From the NCBI GenBank assembly GCA_018398765.1, contig JAHBMJ010000448.1, forward strand, positions 1 to 47,186: a DNA stretch of 47,186 nt, in the 5' to 3' direction. The notes under the pieces were generated by a model. The model was given only the letters and a program-made list of their open reading frames with translations. It ran no database searches and was not told the origin of the DNA. Position numbers and translations under genes: made by a program. The number at the start of each line of letters is the position of its first letter. The first letter of the stretch is position 1. The stretch comes from Chromera velia (taxonomy: Eukaryota). Below, piece by piece: positions 37,831-47,186 of this stretch.

Positions 37831-38932
37831 ACAACGACACATCATGCACAAACGATTTTATATTTTTTATTAATGCTGCTGCTTTGATACTTGGAATTAT
37901 TGCGGAATTGGAGTGCGACCCTTTGTCCATAGTGGAGGCCGTATTTCATTCCTAGACGAGACAGTTCTTTATGCATGAAGTAATTGAGAGTGGAGACACC
38001 AGACTCTACATTTCAGATGGAAGCAAATGTGGAAATCGAATCAGCAGATAGAGACGAGAGGTAAAATGGATCATTTATTACTAAACAGAATCTGATTCGA
38101 AACGAACAAACGAACGACGCACCTGAACCATGACAAGTGGTGGCCACACTTAGGACACAGCAGATGAGTCCCGTCTCTTCCGATCAGAAGGTTCTTCTCA
38201 GCTGCAAACGTGCGTGCGGATTCTTCAGACGCGCAAATAGAAGAGATTTCCTTTTCCAAAGGTAAAGAACCCGTCGGTTGACGAGAACGCATTGGGCTGT
38301 TGAAGGAAACGGATGAGTTTGCTCTAGAGTATGACACTTTTGAGCCGCGTCAGTCAGTTTCACTCAGCAATACCCCCCTTTCATCCCGTATACAACACAT
38401 CAACATGTCAAAACATGTTTTTTGTGGTTATTAGACCAAAAAAACCAAATAAAGATGAAAAGTCTACCAGTTTTTGAACGATTTTGACCTAAAAATATTC
38501 ATTGACAAAAACATGTTGGTGCCAACAAAAGTTCTGATTTGCCAGTTCTGGCGGTTCAGGAATCAAAACACCCCCTCCCTGAACCAAATGATAAGACCTT
38601 CCATTATATTTATTTCACTTTATTTTAAGTTCTTTTGCATGAAAGACTTTATGGAACTAAGAATTGCTTTGGTTCTTGATGGTTCAGATGAGTTCCAGAA
38701 GTTCATCGGTTCAAGAACCACCATCGTATGGAGAGCTGGAACTAACATTGGCACCCGACCTTTAACCGTACAGAACCCCCCCCCTTTCTTTTGAACCACC
38801 CTAAAAACGTGTTTTTCTTGTATATCAAGCTGTTTTGTCTTCAAAAAAAGATGCGAATGGATGGACATAAATGTATCAAACGCAGTTTTTGCTGGTAGAA
38901 CTCTCTATATCATGCTGTCTAAACCTTCAGAA

Positions 38933-39039
38933 TGACTGCCTACGCTGACTCCAGGCGGCCCTGACGGGCCGTCTGGGGTCTTATATGTGACCTTCCCCAG
39001 GCGGTCCTTACGGACTGCCTGCGGCACCCCAGGCAGTCA
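38933..39039 (+). other. GC-rich twin-hairpin / three-way-junction structure upstream of the retroelement ORFs
   Basis: Outer stem TGACTGCCT (38933-41) / AGGCAGTCA (39031-39); hairpin 1 at 38947-38980 (15 bp, loop TGAC); hairpin 2 at 38998-39021 (10 bp, loop TTAC). All non-Watson-Crick pairs are G-T. Confidence 0.7.
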
Positions 39040-39267
39040 GGGGGTTTTCCTGTATTCTCTCTATAGTATGAAAAAAGTTTAAAAATGCCTTTATTCTAGG
39101 ATTTAGTATCTGAACGCAACTTTAAAGATATATATTATAGATTCTTTTTCTGAGTCGGCTCCTTGCCTTGAACCTTGGAATTCTATAGACCGTCACGTGC
39201 TTGCAGTGAAGCCCAGTCTCTCTGCTGTCCCTGTAGACTGATTCTTAGGCACTTGAGGGACTCAGAG

Positions 39268-40812
39268 ATGTACAAGTCAGTGAAAGAACAGCTCGGTCAG
39301 GTGGAAGTGGAAGAGGCGCCCCCGGATATGGGGAGAATGGTTGAGCCAAGGAAGAAGATCCCAGATAGAATGGTTGTGAAACCATATCTGCCGGGTCATG
39401 AGCTGAAGGCGGACGAGGTCATCGTCTATACATTCGATACAGAGAAGACGGGAATAACAGAATGGGTCCTAGTGAAGATGAGGGTGGCAGACGCTGCGAA
39501 TTTGAAAGCCATGAACAAGGATGCCCTCGAGTCCTCTATGAAGGTAGAGGTAATGAATAAACAGGCATACGATAGACTGATCGTGCCGTCGAGGAAAATG
39601 AAGAAGGGGGGAGAGATAAACGAAAAGGCACATATCGGAATGATGGAAGTAAAGGAAGCGTGTGATGAGATGGTGGAGGGGGTGTTGATGCCAATGCTTC
39701 AGATGCCGCTCGACGGGGTGTTCTTAAAATTTAGAAGGGAGTATATGATGATGCAGAAGGGAATGGAATACAGAGAATACAACCGGAGGCTGATGAACAA
39801 AGTGAGAAGTGAGGGGGCTGCATACATTGACGCACACCTGGCCACTGAACATATAGCTGCCAGAGCGGGGGCACAGGTAGATGTGGTGAGTGAGATATTA
39901 TGTTCAGTGGCGGAGATGGTGAAAGAGCATAGAGTCATGGAAATTCATGGGCGGGTTGTTCGTCTTCAGAAAGAGATGAAGAAAACCGGGAGAGGAGGGG
40001 GGAGTGGGCCAATGGGTGGGAAACACTCTATGTACCCGACCTGTGACATCCAATCAGGGGGGATCACAGTTGAGGATGTAGATGTAGATGGCCCTGGGGT
40101 GACAGAGAAGGGGATTCCGAACACAGGGGTGGATGTACGCCAGACTGGGGGGGGTGGAATGGTGAACAGAGGAATGAATGATGGGAAGAAGGGGGATGGG
40201 GGAATTAGTCTGATGGTGCCTAACGGAAGGCCGAGAATGAACGGTAATATAGGGGCGAACGGGGTGGGGAAGGGAGGGATGCAGGATAGCTTTGGTAGGC
40301 AGACAGGGACAGGGTTACCTAAGCGAGTAGAGCAGGTAACGCATTCCTTGGAGGGGAAACAGGGGAACACAGACTCGGGGTTCATGACCCCAAGATCTAT
40401 GGAGGAGAGAGAGGGGGAGGGTCAGCAGATGCAACAGAGAGCTGTGACGCCCTTCAGACCGTTGTCTGCTGGGAGGGACAGGCCCACAATGAATGAAATG
40501 CAAATCTTCCCCCCGAATGTACCGATGGTAGGTGGGAGGATCACATACGAGACACTGGTCGACCTTCCAGTGTATCGACAACCGAAGAATGGAGGTTTGG
40601 GGGGGAAACTCTGATAAGAATGTATGGATGATACCAGACTAATGGTGTCTATTATGTGCAGTGAAACACGGCGGGGCTAGGTGAGGAGGGAGATGATCTC
40701 AGCGCTGAGGGACAGTGCAGTGGACGAGGATCTGGAGGGCTGTGACCTTCTGGAACTCGTTTATGCTTTCATCATACAGAAGAAGAGGGTTAAGGCTCTC
40801 TGTCTGCAGTAG
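39268..40812 (+). pseudogene. Upstream ORF of the retroelement (unknown function; purine-rich, Met/Glu/Lys/Gly-rich), interrupted near its 3' end
   Basis: ATG 39268, open to TGA-TAA (40612-17). The same frame continues as ECMDDTRLMVSIMCSETRRG*VRREMISALRDSAVDEDLEGCDLLELVYAFIIQKKRVKALCLQ* (TAG 40678-80, TAG 40810-12). No introns. Confidence 0.65.
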
Positions 40813-40908
40813 GAGAAGGAGGGAGAGGGGGGGAAGGGAATGGGAGGTCGCCAGATGGGACCTGAGTGACTAGGGACTCAAGAGCATATCGGGAGGAGCA
40901 GTGGTCAG

Positions 40909-43900
40909 TTGAATGTTCAAATTAATTTTGATTCTTCTTTTTTGTTGTCTTTGTCTGATGAATTACATGAGAAAGTGAGGGAACTGGTTGGGGTGATTGG
41001 GAAGGATACAGGGAATAGAAGGGGTTTTGGCAGGGAAAGACTTAGTGTGAGAGAGAAAGTGGAGTCTGACCTTGATCGTCTTTCCCTCAGATTGGCTGGC
41101 GTGCGGATGTTTGTTGCATCCCTCCATGTGCACGCAGTTCAAGCTTGTCCTGTTTGCGCATTGGAGATTCACAGATGCGATTGCCCGTTGACGACGGTTC
41201 TTGTTATTCAGACAACACAGCCACCTTCATACACTCTCTATGTTATGCCTGCGTCCCCTGAGGATGTGATGAATCCTTCTTGCAAGCTTCGGACTGTCTT
41301 TAAGAGAGGGTTTGGTCAGAAATGTTTGAGGAGACTTGTATATTCTCATTTGCTGGCTGCTTCTACATGGTTGGGTCTGTCTGATACGAAATATTCTTCC
41401 TTTCTGAGAGAGGTCAAGGATGCTTGTGCTGGGGTGGGAGAAGATGCATCATGGTGGGACAAGGGAGTAACATATTTGATTTGGTCACGATGGAAGAGAG
41501 GTTTTTATATTGGAAGTACCGTTAGTAGGGCGCTCGATCGGTTCTTTCAGCACCTCACGAGTGCATTAAAACTGCGTTGCGTTAGGAAGAAATGTAATAA
41601 GACAGGTCGTGGGTATGTATATCGCTTCTATTCTGTTTTGTCTGCTGATGCTTCCAGACACGGCCTCTTTGTTATCCTTCCTATTGTAAAGATTGAGAGT
41701 GGTCAGATGAATTTGCGCATGATGGAATACTTATGTATTCGTGCATATAAACCTACATGGAATACAGTTGGTGTGTTGAGGAGATTCAAGAATGACCCGG
41801 TGCGTAATTTGAGGGACCCTAATAAAAGGGATGTTCGCTCAATTGCGTGCAGGTGTAGTGACAGAGTCTCAAGTCTGAGGAGGAGACTTGAATCTTCTGT
41901 TTACATATCGAAGTTGGTAGGAAGAGTTAATAAAAGGGGCATTTTCCAATCTCGCTCCCTTTTCCTCTACAGGGTCACTGGCGAAGAGGGTGTGGGGGTG
42001 AAGAGAGGGGAAGGGGACGTGATTTCTCTTTTTCGTGCACGATTGCTGACTACATTGTTCAACAAGGTCCTTCCTGATTCGTCTCTTCGTTCATTTGATG
42101 CGACAAAGAATGATTTGAGTGCATGTATACGCATGGTGCCCAGGGGCAGGATTCTTGGGGGAGGGAGGGCAACTTTTGACTTAAATGTGAGACGAATGTG
42201 CAAGTTGAATGGCTGGTCAACAGCGACTTTGCTCAGAGGGGAGCTGATTACGATTTGGGTGCCCCTCGCTGACTTGTCTTTTTTCTGATCTTTTTATTTT
42301 GCCATGTTTGAGGAGATAAGGAAAACTGTATCTCCATTGTCAAACGTGAGGCTTCGCCTTCTCCCTACAAAGCTGACTGATCTCCAACAGACTTTGGACA
42401 ATACATATGGGATTTGTGGGGAAGGAGGAGGGGGTGAAGGTTCTTCTTGTGGATCGTCGTGTCATTGTAGAGAGATTGCGGAATTATTTGATCTTCCTTT
42501 GTTTGATGGTCATGTATATTGTCTACTGTCTGCGTCTTCTTCTCTCAGATCTTTCTTCTCTCTTCCTGACTCCTAGCTCCTCACTTTTCTTCTAAGGCCA
42601 AATTATGGCCTAACACTGGTGCATGGAATATTGTTTCGAAGGGTATTCAGTCTTTCCTCCGTTCTGTTCTCACTTCTGATGGTGGCACTTGAGAGGGGGT
42701 TGGTCTAGGGAGGACAATAGGAAGGGGGAGGGGGAGGGAGAATACAAGAGGCAGGTCAATAAAAGGGGTCTTGTCTCCTGCAATGATTGCCGACCTTCGG
42801 AAGCGGTGGGTTTCAACGCTTTCGTGTGCTCAGACAAATGAGAAAGGGGCCGGCCGTCCCAAAGAAGTCTATGACAATCAGAAAGTTAATGACTGCTCTA
42901 ACAGTTGTGTCAGTTGACAAGGCCAGAGGAGATCTGGCTTTTTTGTATAAAGGGAAATACATTGAGGCAGTGGCGAGAGCTTTTCTTTTTGATTCTTCTT
43001 ATGGAAGAATTGAGGAGGGTGAGTTTTCTGCTTCTCTGGACCTTCTGGAGAATGGTTTTCCGAATAAAAAGGATGCATGGGTGTCTTTTTTGAATCAGTT
43101 CAAGAAATTTGATAGGAAGAAACACCACTTTGGGATTGGGATCCTTTGGGTGAAACGCAAGTCTTGGGGAGTTGTGGGGGAGCTCCCTGAGTCTTGGTCC
43201 TCTTTGAAGTATAGGCCATTGGTATCTTACAAGAGACACGCCAGACGTGAGATTTTCTCTTTCCTTTGCAAGGCTTTGAATGGCTGTCTTTCTTACTTTT
43301 CGCCGTATTGTGACTTTAACTCTGTTTTTATTTTTCAGGATAAGGTTGGGATCTTTAATTCAAGGTTTGGGAGACTTGCAGATCGTGGCTCTTGTGTCTC
43401 TTCTAATTCGTATTGGCCTCGGAGTGGACTTGGTCTGCTGGTGGACGACATCAAAGCATTTTTTCCCTCTCTACCCAGAGCTGATTTCCTTTCTTGTTTG
43501 AATAACTTTGTTCATTTCATTTATTCTTCCTCTAGATATCGCTTTGTTGTGTTGCCTATCCATAAGTCTTTTTGTATTAAGGAGGCGGGTCCGGGAGAGG
43601 GTGAGAAGTGGTATTTTCGGAGATGTTACTTAAAACCTGTTGCTTTTTTATCCTCCCACTGCAATTATGCGAATGCACTTTCTTGCCTTCTTGATATGCT
43701 GGCTCGTATAATTAATCTTGATTTTGTTTTAAATGTAATTCGGGTTCGAGGGAAGATGGTCAGACAGCATGAAAGTTTTCCTTAAGGGAGTCCGTGCTCT
43801 CCTGGTGGGGCCCGATTTTTTGCCGCGTAGAAAGAGTACTCTGTTGCATTGATAAGATCGAAGCCTTCATGGGGGGGGAAGAAATGGATGGCAGGGAGAT

Positions 43901-44493
43901 ACATGGACGATAAAACGATTGTTTTTAGGACTGACTGTGGCATGAGTGACGTACCGGATAACCCTATAATAGAAAAGTTACTTGAGAAAGACTTCTACAG
44001 TCCTGCATGCGTTTTAGAGCGTCAAAAAGGATCTACGGTGCTTGGTCTGCGTCTTTTCTCTTTGCCGGAATCTCCTTCGATTTTGTTTTTTGCTGCTGTT
44101 AATCCTAACCATGATGTTCAACTTCTTTTTAATTTCTTTCGTGATTTGGTTAGTTTTTTTCTGTTGCCCATTTCTGGAGGATGGTCGTCTTTTCCTAACC
44201 TGCCTTCACTTCGTAGAGTGCATCTGATGCATGCTTTCTCCTGTGTTCCTTCTGTTTCGGCTAAGAACGGCCTAATATCCTCTCATCTTATCCGGACACT
44301 TCTTTTTTGTAATGCACCTGCGGTTGTCCTGGTTGACGAACTTACTTTTCTGTTTTTAGAGTTGTATATTTTGAGATGGCCTGTTTCGTTTTTGTTTGAT
44401 TTGTTCATGGCTGCAGTCCGTCGGACTGGTAATGATGGTCTTCGTTCTCTTTGGAGGGCGTGTTTGTCCTTTCTTTGCTTTGTTTTAAAATAA
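40909..44493 (+). pseudogene. GIY-YIG endonuclease-reverse transcriptase polyprotein, inactivated by nonsense and frameshift mutations
   Basis: Cys cluster CPVCALEIHRCDC (~41146); GIY-YIG GVTY-x10-YIG (41464-41514), then R..QH, E (RMMEY) and PTWN; linker CHC-x13-GHV (42460-42516); VSVDKARG; KYRPLVSY; RT motif A VDDIKAFFPSLP (43441-76); motif B RQHESFP*GSPCSP (TAA 43783-85 at the conserved Q); motif C RYMDD (YMDD 43900-11); motif E VLGL. Further stops at 42286-88 and 43828-30; compensating frameshifts near 42570 and 42875. Confidence 0.9.
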
Positions 44494-45844
44494 TCTACAT
44501 ATGACTGATTTTCAACGTTACGGCCTTTTGTTGTCGTTTGCTTCCGCAAGTGCACCTGAGAACCATCAGCGATAGATAAAAGACAGCTGTTCTGTGCTGC
44601 TAGGCGCCACACAGAAATGGCTCAAAGCAAGGCTAGTCTCGGGACAAAAGCTACAGGACTGGCCAGAAAGTTCACTCAAAGACAGGCTAAAGGTTCCAAT
44701 TCTCCGAGCAATACTTAGAGCTCTCTACCACTCGACTCGATCTAATCTCGATCCCTTCGCTAGCTTCCACTCAATCTAATCACGCCTTGCTAACACAGGA
44801 GACGTCAGAGACTGCCCCGTCTCCTTTTTGTCCTAGCTTTCGACCACAACAATTGGAATCTCCTCTGTTTTCTCTCTAATTCTGGACAGGACGGCATATA
44901 GAAAGAGATGCCACGTCTCCCAAGCATAGATCCGGTTGGGGACGCGCGTATATTTACTCGCCACCACAAAAATCAGTGGAACCACATAAATTGGGCCCGC
45001 TGCGTTGTTTCCTTGCGGCATGCCTGGGCATATCGATTTGTTCCGGGGCCCTGGGTCCTGCGCGGCCTACTTCGCGCGGCCTTGGCCCGTTGCTTTGCCC
45101 GCGGACAGCCCTAGGCGCTTGTGGCTGGTCTAAATGGCTGTAAGGCCCGCCGCCTCCCGCGGCTCCTGGCGCGCCCAAGTAGGACATTACACATGCCCCT
45201 TCCTTCACGGGATTCTTCCTTAAAAAGGAAGAATCTTATTCACACATCATTGCTACGGGCGCGCATGTACAAAAAAAACAGTTGTATAAGTTTGGCTCTT
45301 GAAGACTCTCTGGAGATCTACCAGAAGGTCAAGTCGGCAGAGATTGCAGAGATCGCCGTGCGGAGATCGGCCTCCCGTCTCCTCTCCAACGGGTCCGGAG
45401 GAGAGGGATCCCTCCCCTCGTCCTCTTCCTCGCCGTCGGAAGCGGGAGAGGGGGGAAAGGCGAAGGCCGCACGGGCATTCCCCTCAGACTCGGGGGGGAG
45501 CCTTGCCAACGGTGACTTGACCGTCTCTATCCCGGCTGCGAAGAAGCGTCGGGCTCTTGTCTGCTCTGAGTCAGTCTGACACATCTTCTCCTTCCCGTCT
45601 CCTTTTCATTCTGGCCTCTTTGTGTGAATGCCTGTCTTTCTATTCCTTTCATTTGTTTCATAAAGGTGTAAGACTCTTGTCCTGCTGATGATCTGTGTCC
45701 GACGCAACCTTCTACTTTCCAAGACGGACCCGGTACTATGCCTCTGAACACCCCCGGGGTGCCTGGCTATGTCCTTCGGGCCTTAGGTCCACGTCCCTGC
45801 GTTTCGCTTAGGCCAACCGTCAAGGTCGGACAGGCGGCTACGGT

Positions 45845-46003
45845 CAAGATCATCCCTTTACCTTTCTATCTCTATGCTTGCTGTCTGCAGGTGTGACTTC
45901 TCTCTGCCTGTCTGCTTCCCTTTACAAGATCATCCCTTCACCTTTCTATCTCTATGCTTGCTGTCTGCAGGTGTGACTTCTCTCTGCCTGTCTGCTTCCC
46001 TTT
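45845..46003 (+). repeat. Tandem duplication, 2 copies of an 80-bp unit with 1 mismatch
   Basis: CAAGATCATCCCTT(T/C)ACCTTTCTATCTCTATGCTTGCTGTCTGCAGGTGTGACTTCTCTCTGCCTGTCTGCTTCCCTTT starts at 45845 and again at 45925. Confidence 0.93.
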
Positions 46004-46825
46004 GCTGGGTCTTGCTGATTCTGGTCAGTCTTTTGTTTAGAAATTTTTTTCATGTGGCTTGGATTTGTCTTCTCGTCTGTCATTCGATCTTTCCCTTTTC
46101 TTCTACCGTTCTTTTCTGAGCTGATCCACTTCCGTCTCGCATTTTCCGACGTCTCTGGCCTTCCTTCAGGCTCGCTTTGCCGTTTGCGTACGCCTGTGTT
46201 TGCCTATCTACTGTTTTTATCTACTCTCTCTCCCGTCTCTTTTTCTTCTGTCCACCCTTCCCGCCTATCTATCTATTCTACCCCCCCATTTCCCTCTTTC
46301 TTCTCGCCGCCCATCCCATTTGCTATCTATTCCCCCCGTTTCCCTCTTTCTTGTATCCGTCCCCCATCCCTTCTGCTTTAAACTTCCATGCATTTTGTGC
46401 ATTTGTGTATTATTCCATCATGCATCCATTCATGTATTCATGCAGATTCACGCTGATCGTTTTCTTGCTTTCTGGGACCTGGACGACTGTTTGCGAGCTG
46501 TGCTGCGCATGGTGGGTTACTTTGATCTCTTCTGTGTTCCGTTGGCGATCTTTTGTCTCGTGTCGTTTCTTCCCCCCCTTCCCTTTTTCTTCTATCCGCC
46601 CCTTCCTCTCTGTCTATCTACACTCCCTTTCCCTCTTTCTTCTATCCACCCCTTCCCCTCTGTCTATCCACCCCTTCCCTTTCCCTCTTTCTTCTATTCG
46701 CCCCTCTCCCGGTCTGTCTATATGTTGTCTCGGTTGACAATGAAGGCATTTGATCGACCCTTGCACGCGCGGTGGTTGAGCACTGAGAGAGCGGGAAGAT
46801 TGTTTATGCGAAAGAAAAATTTTCC

Positions 46826-46843
46826 GTGTGGTGTGTATATGTG

Positions 46844-46919
<76 letters not shown>

Positions 46920-46969
46920 GTGTGTGTGCGTGTGTATGTGTGTGTGTGGTGTGTATGTGTGGTGTGTGT

Positions 46970-47002
<33 letters not shown>

Positions 47003-47049
47003 GTATGTGTGTGGTGTGTGTGTGTGCGTGTGTGCGTGTGTGTGTGTAT

Positions 47050-47091
<42 letters not shown>

Positions 47092-47129
47092 GTGTGTGTG
47101 CGTGTGTGTGTGTGTGGTGTGTATGTGTG

Positions 47130-47160
<31 letters not shown>

Positions 47161-47186
47161 GTATGTGTGTAGTGTGTGTGTGTGTG
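46826..47186. repeat. Degenerate (GT)n microsatellite running to the window end
   Basis: Directly visible. Confidence 0.96.

Larger units (their letters stand above)
38933..44836 (+). mobile_element. Decayed Penelope-like retroelement with permuted domains (N-terminal GIY-YIG, then RT; Naiad/Chlamys-type); boundaries uncertain
   Basis: GIY-YIG and RT motifs (see the pol feature), an intron-free ~5.2-kb coding block in an otherwise intron-dense region, an upstream in-frame ORF and flanking hairpins. No pseudo-LTR or target-site duplication was identified. Confidence 0.8.

Noticed and set aside
39268..44493. Alternative genetic code or selenocysteine read-through to explain in-frame TAA/TAG/TGA in the retroelement
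   Set aside because: Host genes use the standard code (CAA/CAG for Gln, TGA/TAA as true stops). The element also has frameshifts, and its TGAs are not at evident Cys positions. Mutational decay is the simpler explanation.

Overview
Intron-rich eukaryotic (protist) genomic DNA using the standard code, with GT-AG introns (acceptors mostly ...TGCAG), long (CA/GT)n, (GA)n, (GAAA)n and (GACA)n microsatellites and frequent TGCATG motifs. The style suggests a chromerid/apicomplexan-related alveolate, which is an inference only. Left to right: (1) the 5' part of a large multi-exon minus-strand gene resembling DUF6606/DUF3638/DUF3645 giant proteins, running off the left edge; (2) a small multi-exon hypothetical gene and two decayed coding remnants among AT-rich, CTAG-rich repeat debris; (3) a complete 7-exon axonemal inner-arm dynein light chain p28 gene (DNALI1/IDA4, 251 aa); (4) head-to-head with it, a 5-exon ~2086-aa low-complexity protein ending in an NPHP4-C-terminal-like Ig-type domain; (5) a 7-exon ~864-aa protein kinase with a putative signal peptide; (6) a decayed retroelement (~38.9-44.8 kb) with a GIY-YIG endonuclease upstream of a reverse transcriptase, the permuted Naiad/Chlamys-type Penelope-like architecture. 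The element is preceded in the same frame by a ~500-codon ORF of unknown function and by a twin-hairpin three-way-junction structure. Its in-frame stops, like those in two other remnants, mostly read as C-to-T changes. All family assignments come from motif recognition by eye, not from database searches.
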